Positions 28,992 through 41,149 of a stretch of DNA of 64,000 bases are shown here, in pieces. The stretch is from Antedon mediterranea. Lineage: Eukaryota; Animalia; Echinodermata. The DNA lies in the NCBI RefSeq assembly GCF_964355755.1, contig NC_092677.1:21377175-21441174 (forward strand), written 5' to 3'. How positions within the stretch are numbered: the stretch's first letter is position 1; every line of letters starts with the position of its first letter. Position numbers and translations under genes: made by a program. The notes beneath the pieces are model-generated. The model was not told where the DNA came from and ran no database searches. It saw only the letters and a list, made by a program, of their open reading frames with translations.

Positions 28992-31900
28992 TTTTGTGCA
29001 TTTCGATGAAACTTGGTTACACAAAAACATCAAAGTGCTTAAAATCACATTTTGAGCATTTCGTTAAAACTTTTCACACAAAAACATCAAAGTCCACAAA
29101 ATAGCTTAATATCTTATTTAAAAACGTTTTAGACCATTTTGAGCATTTCGAAAAAACTTTTTCACACAAAACATCAAAGTTTACAAAATAGCTTCAAATC
29201 GCATTTGGAGACGTTTTAGACCATTTTGTGATTTTCGAAAAAACTTGTTAACATAAAAACACCAAAGTGCTCAGAATACCTTCAAATCGCATTTGGAGAC
29301 GTTTTAGACCATTTTGTGATTTTCGAAAAAACTTGTTAACATAAAAACACCAAAGTGCTTAGAAAAGCTTCAAATCGCATTTGGAGACGTTTTAGACCAT
29401 TTTTTGCATTTCGATGAAACTTGGTTACACAAAAACATCAAAGTGCTTAAAATCACATTTTGAGCATTTCGTTAAAACTTTTCACACAAAAACATCAAAG
29501 TCCACAAAATAGCTTAATATCGTATTTAAAAACGTTTTAGACCATTTTGAGCATTTCGAAAAAACTTTTCCACACAAAACATCAAAGTTTACAAAATAGC
29601 TTCAAATCGCATTTGGAGACGTTTTAGACCATTTTGTGATTTTCGAAAAAACTTGTTAACATAAAAACACCAAAGTGCTCAGAATACCTTCAAATCGCAT
29701 TTGGAGACGTTTTAGACCATTTTGTGATTTTCGAAAAAACTTGTTAACATAAAAACACCAAAGTGCTTAGAAAAGCTTCAAATCGCATTTGGAGACGTTT
29801 TAGACCATTTTTTGCATTTCGATGAAACTTGGTTACACAAAAACATCAAAGTGCTTAAAATCACATTTTGAGCATTTCGTTAAAACTTTTCACACAAAAA
29901 CATCAAAGTCCACAAAATAGCTTAATATCGTATTTAAAAACGTTTTAGACCATTTTGAGCATTTCGAAAAAACTTTTCCACACAAAACATCAAAGTTTAC
30001 AAAATAGCTTCAAATCGCATTTGGAGACGTTTTAGACCATTTTGTGATTTTCGAAAAAACTTGTTAACATAAAAACACCAAAGTGCTCAGAATACCTTCA
30101 AATCGTGTTTTGAGACGTTTTAGACCATTTTGTAATTTTCGAAAAAACTTGTTAACATAAAAACACCAAAGTGCTCAGAATACCTTCACATCGCATTTTG
30201 AGACGTTTTAGACCATTTTGTGATTTTCGAAAAAACTTGTTAACATAAAAACACCAAAGTGCTTAGAAAAGCTTGAAATCGCATTTGGAGACGTTTTAGA
30301 CCATTTTGTGCATTTCGATGAAACTTGGTTACACAAAAACATCAAAGTGCTTAAAATCACATTAGAAACCGTTTTAGACCATTTTGAGCATTTCGTTAAA
30401 ACTTTTCACACAAAAACATCAAAGTCCACAAAATAGCTTAATATCGTATTTAAAAACGTTTTAGACCATTTTGAGCATTTCGAAAAAACTTTTCCACACA
30501 AAACATCAAAGTTTACAAAATAGCTTCAAATCGCATTTGGAGACGTTTTAGACCATTTTGTGATTTTCGAAAAAACTTGTTAACATAAAAACACCAAAGT
30601 GCTCAGAATACCTTCAAATCGTATTTTGAGACGTTTTAGACAATTTTGTGATTTTCAAAAAAACTTGTTAACATAAAAACACCAAAGTGCTTAGAAAAGC
30701 TTCATATCGCATTTGGAGACGTTTTAGACCATTTTGTGCATTTCGATGAAACTTGGTTACACAAAAACATCAAAGTGCTTAAAATCACATTTTGAGCATT
30801 TCGTTAAAACTTTTCACACAAAAACATCAAAGAGCAAAAAATAGCTTAATATCGTATTTAAAAACGTTTTAGACCATTTTGAGCATTTCGACAAAACTTT
30901 TTCACACAAAACATCAAAGTGTACAAAATAGCTTCAAATCGCATTTGGAGACGTTTTAGACAATTTTGTGATTTTCGAAAAAACTTGTTTACATAAAAAC
31001 ACCAAAGTGCTAAGAATAGCTTCAAATCGCATTTGGAGACGTTTTAGACCCTTTTGTGCATTTCGATGAAACTTGGTTACACAAAAACATCAAAGTGCTT
31101 AAAATCACATTTTGAGCATTTCGTTAAAACTTTTCACACAAAAACATCAAAGTCCACAAAATAGCTTAATATCTTATTTAAAAACGTTTTAGACCATTTT
31201 GAGCATTTCGAAAAAACTTTTTCACACAAAACATCAAAGTTTACAAAATAGCTTCAAATCGCATTTGGAGACGTTTTAGACCATTTTGTGATTTTCGAAA
31301 AAACTTGTTAACATAAAAACACCAAAGTGCTCAGAATACCTTCAAATCGCATTTGGAGACGTTTTAGACCATTTTGTGATTTTCGAAAAAACTTGTTAAC
31401 ATAAAAACACCAAAGTGCTTAGAAAAGCTTCAAATCGCATTTGGAGACGTTTTAGACCATTTTTTGCATTTCGATGAAACTTGGTTACACAAAAACATCA
31501 AAGTGCTTAAAATCACATTTTGAGCATTTCGTTAAAACTTTTCACACAAAAACATCAAAGTCCACAAAATAGCTTAATATCGTATTTAAAAACGTTTTAG
31601 ACCATTTTGAGCATTTCGAAAAAACTTTTCCACACAAAACATCAAAGTTTACAAAATAGCTTCAAATCGCATTTGGAGACGTTTTAGACCATTTTGTGAT
31701 TTTCGAAAAAACTTGTTAACATAAAAACACCAAAGTGCTCAGAATACCTTCAAATCGCATTTGGAGACGTTTTAGACCATTTTGTGATTTTCGAAAAAAC
31801 TTGTTAACATAAAAACACCAAAGTGCTTAGAAAAGCTTCAAATCGCATTTGGAGACGTTTTAGACCATTTTTTGCATTTCGATGAAACTTGGTTACACAA

Positions 31901-34900
31901 AAACATCAAAGTGCTTAAAATCACATTTTGAGCATTTCGTTAAAACTTTTCACACAAAAACATCAAAGTCCACAAAATAGCTTAATATCGTATTTAAAAA
32001 CGTTTTAGACCATTTTGAGCATTTCGAAAAAACTTTTCCACACAAAACATCAAAGTTTACAAAATAGCTTCAAATCGCATTTGGAGACGTTTTAGACCAT
32101 TTTGTGATTTTCGAAAAAACTTGTTAACATAAAAACACCAAAGTGCTCAGAATACCTTCAAATCGTGTTTTGAGACGTTTTAGACCATTTTGTAATTTTC
32201 GAAAAAACTTGTTAACATAAAAACACCAAAGTGCTCAGAATACCTTCACATCGCATTTTGAGACGTTTTAGACCATTTTGTGATTTTCGAAAAAACTTGT
32301 TAACATAAAAACACCAAAGTGCTTAGAAAAGCTTGAAATCGCATTTGGAGACGTTTTAGACCATTTTGTGCATTTCGATGAAACTTGGTTACACAAAAAC
32401 ATCAAAGTGCTTAAAATCACATTAGAAACCGTTTTAGACCATTTTGAGCATTTCGTTAAAACTTTTCACACAAAAACATCAAAGTCCACAAAATAGCTTA
32501 ATATCGTATTTAAAAACGTTTTAGACCATTTTGAGCATTTCGAAAAAACTTTTCCACACAAAACATCAAAGTTTACAAAATAGCTTCAAATCGCATTTGG
32601 AGACGTTTTAGACCATTATGTGATTTTCGAAAAAACTTGTTAACATAAAAACACCAAAGTGCTCAGAATACCTTCAAATCGTATTTTGAGACGTTTTAGA
32701 CAATTTTGTGATTTTCAAAAAAACTTGTTAACATAAAAACACCAAAGTGCTTAGAAAAGCTTCATATCGCATTTGGAGACGTTTTAGACCATTTTGTGCA
32801 TTTCGATGAAACTTGGTTACACAAAAACATCAAAGTGCTTAAAATCACATTTTGAGCATTTCGTTAAAACTTTTCACACAAAAACATCAAAGAGCAAAAA
32901 ATAGCTTAATATCGTATTTAAAAACGTTTTAGACCATTTTGAGCATTTCGACAAAACTTTTTCACACAAAACATCAAAGTGTACAAAATAGCTTCAAATC
33001 GCATTTGGAGACGTTTTAGACAATTTTGTGATTTTCGAAAAAACTTGTTTACATAAAAACACCAAAGTGCTAAGAATAGCTTCAAATCGCATTTGGAGAC
33101 GTTTTAGACCCTTTTGTGCATTTCGATGAAACTTGGTTACACAAAAACATCAAAGTGCTTAAAATCACATTTTGAGCATTTCGTTAAAACTTTTCACACA
33201 AAAACATCAAAGTCCACAAAATAGCTTAATATCTTATTTAAAAACGTTTTAGACCATTTTGAGCATTTCGAAAAAACTTTTTCACACAAAACATCAAAGT
33301 TTACAAAATAGCTTCAAATCGCATTTGGAGACGTTTTAGACCATTTTGTGATTTTCGAAAAAACTTGTTAACATAAAAACACCAAAGTGCTCAGAATACC
33401 TTCAAATCGCATTTGGAGACGTTTTAGACCATTTTGTGATTTTCGAAAAAACTTGTTAACATAAAAACACCAAAGTGCTTAGAAAAGCTTCAAATCGCAT
33501 TTGGAGACGTTTTAGACCATTTTTTGCATTTCGATGAAACTTGGTTACACAAAAACATCAAAGTGCTTAAAATCACATTTTGAGCATTTCGTTAAAACTT
33601 TTCACACAAAAACATCAAAGTCCACAAAATAGCTTAATATCGTATTTAAAAACGTTTTAGACCATTTTGAGCATTTCAAAAAAACTTTTCCACACAAAAC
33701 ATCAAAGTTTACAAAATAGCTTCAAATCGCATTTGGAGACGTTTTAGACCATTTTGTGATTTTCGAAAAAACTTGTTAACATAAAAACACCAAAGTGCTC
33801 AGAATACCTTCAAATCGCATTTGGAGACGTTTTAGACCATTTTGTGATTTTCGAAAAAACTTGTTAACATAAAAACACCAAAGTGCTTAGAAAAGCTTCA
33901 AATCGCATTTGGAGACGTTTTAGACCATTTTTTGCATTTCGATGAAACTTGGTTACACAAAAACATCAAAGTGCTTAAAATCACATTTTGAGCATTTCGT
34001 TAAAACTTTTCACACAAAAACATCAAAGTCCACAAAATAGCTTAATATCGTATTTAAAAACGTTTTAGACCATTTTGAGCATTTCGAAAAAACTTTTCCA
34101 CACAAAACATCAAAGTTTACAAAATAGCTTCAAATCGCATTTGGAGACGTTTTAGACCATTTTGTGATTTTCGAAAAAACTTGTTAACATAAAAACACCA
34201 AAGTGCTCAGAATACCTTCAAATCGTGTTTTGAGACGTTTTAGACCATTTTGTAATTTTCGAAAAAACTTGTTAACATAAAAACACCAAAGTGCTCAGAA
34301 TACCTTCACATCGCATTTTGAGACGTTTTAGACCATTTTGTGATTTTCGAAAAAACTTGTTAACATAAAAACACCAAAGTGCTTAGAAAAGCTTGAAATC
34401 GCATTTGGAGACGTTTTAGACCATTTTGTGCATTTCGATGAAACTTGGTTACACAAAAACATCAAAGTGCTTAAAATCACATTAGAAACCGTTTTAGACC
34501 ATTTTGAGCATTTCGTTAAAACTTTTCACACAAAAACATCAAAGTCCACAAAATAGCTTAATATCGTATTTAAAAACGTTTTAGACCATTTTGAGCATTT
34601 CGAAAAAACTTTTCCACACAAAACATCAAAGTTTACAAAATAGCTTCAAATCGCATTTGGAGACGTTTTAGACCATTTTGTGATTTTCGAAAAAACTTGT
34701 TAACATAAAAACACCAAAGTGCTCAGAATACCTTCAAATCGTATTTTGAGACGTTTTAGACAATTTTGTGATTTTCAAAAAAACTTGTTAACATAAAAAC
34801 ACCAAAGTGCTTAGAAAAGCTTCATATCGCATTTGGAGACGTTTTAGACCATTTTGTGCATTTCGATGAAACTTGGTTACACAAAAACATCAAAGTGCTT

Positions 34901-35230
34901 AAAATCACATTTTGAGCATTTCGTTAAAACTTTTCACACAAAAACATCAAAGAGCAAAAAATAGCTTAATATCGTATTTAAAAACGTTTTAGACCATTTT
35001 GAGCATTTCGACAAAACTTTTTCACACAAAACATCAAAGTGTACAAAATAGCTTCAAATCGCATTTGGAGACGTTTTAGACAATTTTGTGATTTTCGAAA
35101 AAACTTGTTTACATAAAAACACCAAAGTGCTAAGAATAGCTTCCAATCGCATTTGGAGACGTTTTAGACCCTTTTGTGCATTTCGATGAAACTTGGTTAC
35201 ACAAAAACATCAAAGTGCTTAAAATCACAT
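28992..35230 (+). repeat. 2060-bp HOR x3 (second triplet)
   Basis: Marker cttattt at 29113, 31173 and 33233. Confidence 0.9.
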
Positions 35231-35879
35231 TAGAAACCGTTTTAGAACATTTTGAGCATTTCGTTAAAATTTTTCACAGAAAAACATCAAAGAGCAAAAA
35301 ATAGCTTAATATCGTATTTAAAAACGTTTTAGACCATTTTGAGCATTTCGACAAAACTTTTTCACACAAAACAACAAAGTGTACAGAATAGCTTATAATC
35401 GCATTTGGAGACGTTTTAACCCATTTTGAGCATTTCGATAAAATTTTACACACAAAAACATCAAAGTGCACAAAATAGCTTAATATGGTATTTAAAAACG
35501 TTTTAGACCATTTTGAGCATTTCAACAAAACTTTTTCTCACAAAACATCAAAGTGTACAGAATAGCTTCAAATCGCATTTGGAGACGTTTTAGACCATTT
35601 TGTGCATTTCGATGAAACTTGGTTACACAAAAACATCAAAGTGCTTAAAATCACATTTTGAGCATTTCGTTAAAACTTTTCACACAAAAACATCAAAGTC
35701 CACAAAATAGCTTAATATCGTATTTAAAAACGTTTTAGACCATTTTGAGCATTTCGAAAAAACTTTTCCACACAAAACATCAAAGTTTACAAAATAGCTT
35801 CAAATCGCATTTGGAGACGTTTTAGACCATTTTGTGATTTTCGAAAAAACTTGTTAACATAAAAACACCAAAGTGCTCA

Positions 35880-38800
35880 GAATACCTTCAAATCGCATTT
35901 GGAGACGTTTTAGACCCTTTTGTGCATTTCGATGAAACTTGGTTACACAAAAACATCAAAGTGCTTAAAATCACATTAGAAACCGTTTTAGACCATTTTG
36001 AGCATTTCGTTAAAATTTTTCACAGAAAAACATCAAAGAGCAAAAAATAGCTTAATATCGTATTTAAAAACGTTTTAGACCATTTTGAGCATTTCGACAA
36101 AACTTTTTCACACAAAACATCAAAGTGTACAGAATAGCTTCAAATCGCATTTGGAGACGTTTTAACCCATTTTGAGCATTTCGATAAAATTGTACACACA
36201 AAAACATCAAAGTGCACAAAATAGCTTAATATGGTATTTAAAAACGTTTTAGACCATTTTGAGCATTTCAACAAAACTTTTTCTCACAAAACATCAAAGT
36301 GTACAGAATAGCTTCAAATCGCATTTGGAGACGTTTTAGACCATTTTGTGCATTTCGATGAAACTTGGTTACACAAAAACATCAAAGTGCTTAAAATCAC
36401 ATTTTGAGCATTTCGTTAAAACTTTTCACACAAAAACATCAAAGTCCACAAAATAGCTTAATATCGTATTTAAAAACGTTTTAGACCATTTTGAGCATTT
36501 CGAAAAAACTTTTCCACACAAAACATCAAAGTTTACAAAATAGCTTCAAATCGCATTTGGAGACGTTTTAGACCATTTTGTGATTTTCAAAAAAAACTTG
36601 TTAACATAAAAACACCAAAGTGCTCAGAATACCTTCAAATCGTGTTTTGAGACGTTTTAGACCATTTTGTAATTTTCGAAAAAACTTGTTAACATAAAAA
36701 CACCAAAGTGCTCAGAATACCTTCACATCGCATTTTGAGACGTTTTAGACCATTTTGTGATTTTCGAAAAAACTTGTTAACATAAAAACACCAAAGTGCT
36801 TAGAAAAGCTTGAAATCGCATTTGGAGACGTTTTAGACCATTTTGTGCATTACGATGAAACTTGGTTAAAGTGCTTAAAATCACATTTTGAGCATTTCGT
36901 TAAAACTTTTCACACAAAAACATCAAAGAGTAAAAAATAGCTTAATATCGTTTTTAAAAACGTTTTAGACCATTTTGAGCATTTCGACAAAATTTTTTCA
37001 CACAAAACATCAAAGTGTACAGAATAGCTTTAAATCGCATTTGGAGACGTTTTAGACCATTTTGTTCATTTCGATGAAACAAAAACACAAAAACATCAAA
37101 TTGCACAAAATGGCTTAATATGATATGGGAAAACGTTTTAGACCATTTTGAACATTTCGTTAAAAGTTTTCACAAAAAAACATCAAAGTCCACAAAATAG
37201 CTTAATATCGTATTTAAAAACGTTTTAGACCATTTTGAGCATTTCGAAAAAACTTTTTCACACAAAACATCAAAGTTTACAAAATAGCTTCAAATCGCAT
37301 TTGGAGACGTTTTAGACCATTTTGTGATTTTCGAAAAAACTTGTTAACATAAAAACACCAAAGTGCTCAGAATACCTTCAAATCGCATTTTGAGACGTTT
37401 TAGACCATTTTGTGATTTTCGAAAAAACTTGTTAACATAAAAACACCAAAGTGCTCAGAATACCTTCAAATCGTGTTTTGAGACGTTTTAGACCATTTTG
37501 TGATTTTGGAAAAACTTGTTAACATAAAAACACCAAAGTGCTCAGAATACCTTCAAATCGCATTTGGAGACGTTTTAGACCATTTTGAGCATTTCGAAAA
37601 AACTTTTTCACACAAAACATCAAAGTTTACAAAATAGCTCCAAATCGCATTTGGAGACGTTTTAGACCATTTTGTGATTTTCGAAAAAACTTGTTAACAT
37701 AAAAACACCAAAGTGCTCAGAATACCTTCAAATCGCATTTTGAGACGTTTTAGACCATTTTGTGATTTTCGAAAAAACTTGTTAACATAAAAACACCAAA
37801 GTGCTCAGAATACCTTCAAATCGTGTTTTGAGACGTTTTAGACCATTTTGTGATTTTGGAAAAACTTGTTAACATAAAAACACCAAAGTGCTCAGAATAC
37901 CTTCAAATCGCATTTGGAGACGTTTTAGACCATTTTGTGATTTTCGAAAAAACTTGTTAACATAAAAACACCAAAGTGCTCAGAAAAGCTTCAAATCGCA
38001 ATTGGAGACGTTTTAAACCATTTTGTTCATTTCGATGAAACTTGGTTACACAAAAACATCAAATTGCACAAAATGGCTTTATATGGTATGGGAAAACGTT
38101 TTAGACCATTTTGAACATTTCGAGAAAACTTTTTCACACAAAACTTCAAAGTGTACAGAATAGCTTCAAATCGCATTAGAAACCGTTTTAGACCATTTTG
38201 AGCATTTCGAAAAAACTTTTTCACACAAAACATCAAAGTTTACAAAATAGCTTCAAATCGCATTTGGAGACGTTTTAGACCATTTTGTGATTTTCGAAAA
38301 AACTTGTTAACATAAAAACACCAAAGTGCTCAGAATACCTTCAAATCGCATTTTGAGACGTTTTAGACCATTTTGTGATTTTCGAAAAAACTTGTTAACA
38401 TAAAAATACCAAAGTGCTCAGAATACCTTCAAATCGTGTTTTGAGACGTTTTAGACCATTTTGTGATTTTCGAAAAAACTTGTTAACATAAAAACACCAA
38501 AGTGCTCAGAATACCTTCAAATCGCATTTGGAGACGTTTTAGACCATTTTGTGATTTTCGAAAAAACTTGTTAACATAAAAACACCAAAGTGCTCAGAAA
38601 AGCTTCAAATCGCATTTGGAGACGTTTTAAACCATTTTGTTCATTTCGATGAAACTTGGTTACACAAAAATATCAAAGAGCACAAAAGTATTTAAAAACG
38701 TTTTAGACCATTTTGAGCATTCCGACAAAACTTTTTCACACAAAACATCAAAGTGTACAGAATAGCTTTAAATCGCATTTGGAGACGTTTTAGACCATTT

Positions 38801-40700
38801 TGTAGTTTTCGAAAAAACTTGTTAACATAAAAACACAAAAGAGCTTCAAATCGCATTTGGAGACGTTTTAGACCCTTTTGTGCATTTCGATGAAACTTGG
38901 TTACACAAAAACATCAAAGTGCTTAAAATCACATTAGAAACCGTTTTAGACCATTTTGAGCATTTCGTTAAAACTTTTCACACAAAAACATCAAAGTCCA
39001 CAAAAAAGCTTAATATCGTATTCAAAAACGTTTTAGACCATTTTGAGCATTTCGAAAAAACTTTTCCACACGAAACATCAAAGTTTACAAAATAGCTTCA
39101 AATCGCATTTGGAGACGTTTTAGACCATTTTGTGATTTTCGAAAAAACTTGATAACATAAAAACACCAAAGTGCTCAGAATACCTTCAAATCGTGTTTTG
39201 AGACGTTTTAGACCATTTTGTAATTTTCGAAAAAACTTGTTAACATAAAAACACCAAAGTGCTCAGAATACCTTCACATCGAATTTTGAGACGTTTTAGA
39301 CCATTTTGTGATTTTCGAAAAAACTTGTTAACATAAAAACACCAAAGTGCTTAGAAAAGCTTGAAATCGCATTTGGAGACGTTTTAGACCATTTTGTTCA
39401 TTTCGATGAAACTTGGTTACACAAAAACATCAAAGTGCTTAAAATCACATTTTGAGCATTTCGTTAAAACTTTTCACACAAAAACATCAAAGTCCACAAA
39501 ATAGCTTAATATCGTATTTAAAAACGTTTTAGACCATTTTGAGCATTTCGAAAAAACTTTTCCACACAAAACATCAAAGTTTACAAAATAGCTTTAAATC
39601 GCATTTGGAGACGTTTTAGACCATTTTGTTCATTTCGATGAAACAAAAACACAAAAACATCAAATTGCACAAAATGGCTTAATATGATATGGGAAAACGT
39701 TTTAGACCATTTTGAACATTTCGTTAAAAGTTTTCACAAAAAAACATCAAAGTCCACAAAATAGCTTAATATCGTATTTAAAAACGTTTTAGGCCATTTT
39801 GAGCATTTCGAAAAAACTTTTTCACACAAAACATCCAAGTTTACAAAATAGCTTCAAATCGCATTTGGAGACGTTTTAGACCATTTTGTGATTTTCGAAA
39901 AAACTTGTTAACATAAAAACACCAAAGTGCTCAGAATACCTTCAAATCGCATTTTGAGACGTTTTAGACCATTTTGTGATTTTCGAAAAAACTTGTTAAC
40001 ATAAAAACACCAAAGTGCTCAGAATACCTTCAAATCGTATTTTGAGACGTTTTAGACCATTTTGTGATTTTGGAAAAACTTGTTAACATAAAAACACCAA
40101 AGTGCTCAGAATACCTTCAAATCGCATTTGGAGACGTTTTAGACCATTTTGTGATTTTCGAAAAAACTTGTTAACATAAAAACACCAAAGTGCTCAGAAT
40201 ACCTTCAAATCGCATTTTGAGACGTTTTAGACCATTTTGTGATTTTCGAAAAAACTTGTTAACATAAAAACACCAAAGTGCTCAGAATACCTTCAAATCG
40301 TGTTTTGAGACGTTTTAGACCATTTTGTGATTTTGGAAAAACTTGTTAACATAAAAACACCAAAGTGCTCAGAATACCTTCAAATCGCATTTGGAGACGT
40401 TTTAGACCATTTTGTGATTTTCGAAAAAACTTGTTAACATAAAAACACCAAAGTGCTCAGAAAAGCTTCAAATCGCAATTGGAGACGTTTTAAACCATTT
40501 TGTTCATTTCGATGAAACTTGGTTACACAAAAACATCAAATTGCACAAAATGGCTTAATATGGTATGGGAAAACGTTTTAGACCATTTTGAACATTTCGA
40601 GAAAACTTTTTCACACAAAACTTCAAAGTGTACAGAATAGCTTCAAATCGCATTAGAAACCTTTTTAGACCATTTTGAGCATTTCGAAAAAACTTTTTCA
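35880..40700 (+). repeat. Diverged HOR block with a paralogous copy at ~51450-55700 (offset 15572, then 15222, then 15144 bp)
   Basis: Shared rare variants: 13-bp deletion cttggttaaagtgc (36861/52433), ORFs 38027/53249, cgaaac (39071/54215), ttttaggcc, tccgacaaaa. Confidence 0.85.
39871..40484 (+). repeat. Run of seven consecutive class-A monomers
   Basis: Cores at about 39871, 39959, 40047, 40134, 40222, 40310 and 40397; the paralogous block near 55015-55370 has four. Confidence 0.82.
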
Positions 40701-41149
40701 CACAAAACATCAAAGTTTACAAAATAGCTTCAAATCGCATTTGGAGACGTTTTAGACCATTTTGTGATTTTCGAAAAAACTTGTTAACATAAAAACACCA
40801 AAGTGCTCAGAATACCTTCAAATCGCATTTTGAGACGTTTTAGACCATTTTGTGATTTTCGAAAAAACTTGTTAACATAAAAATACCAAAGTGCTCAGAA
40901 TACCTTCAAATCGTGTTTTGAGACGTTTTAGACCATTTTGTGATTTTCGAAAAAACTTAACATAAAAACACCAAAGTGCTCAGAATACCTTCAAATCGCA
41001 TTTGGAGACGTTTTAGACCATTTTGTGATTTTCGAAAAAACTTGTTAACATAAAAACACCAAAGTGCTCAGAATACCTTCAAATCGTATTTTGAGACGTT
41101 TTAGACAATTTTGTGATTTTCGAAAAAACTTGTTAACATAAAAACACCA

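Larger units (their letters stand above)
18074..35515 (+). repeat. 8712-bp near-perfect tandem duplication (18074-26785 / 26786-35497)
   Basis: ORFs 18310/27022 and 26562/35274, and the private variant ccattatgtg at 23906/32618, are all offset by 8712; junction at 26786-26803. Confidence 0.92.

Noticed and set aside
38027-39095. ORFs 38027-38236 (-), 38880-39095 (+) and 53249-53458 (-)
   Set aside because: Chance loss of stop codons in diverged monomers of 78/87 bp; paralogous copies are interrupted.
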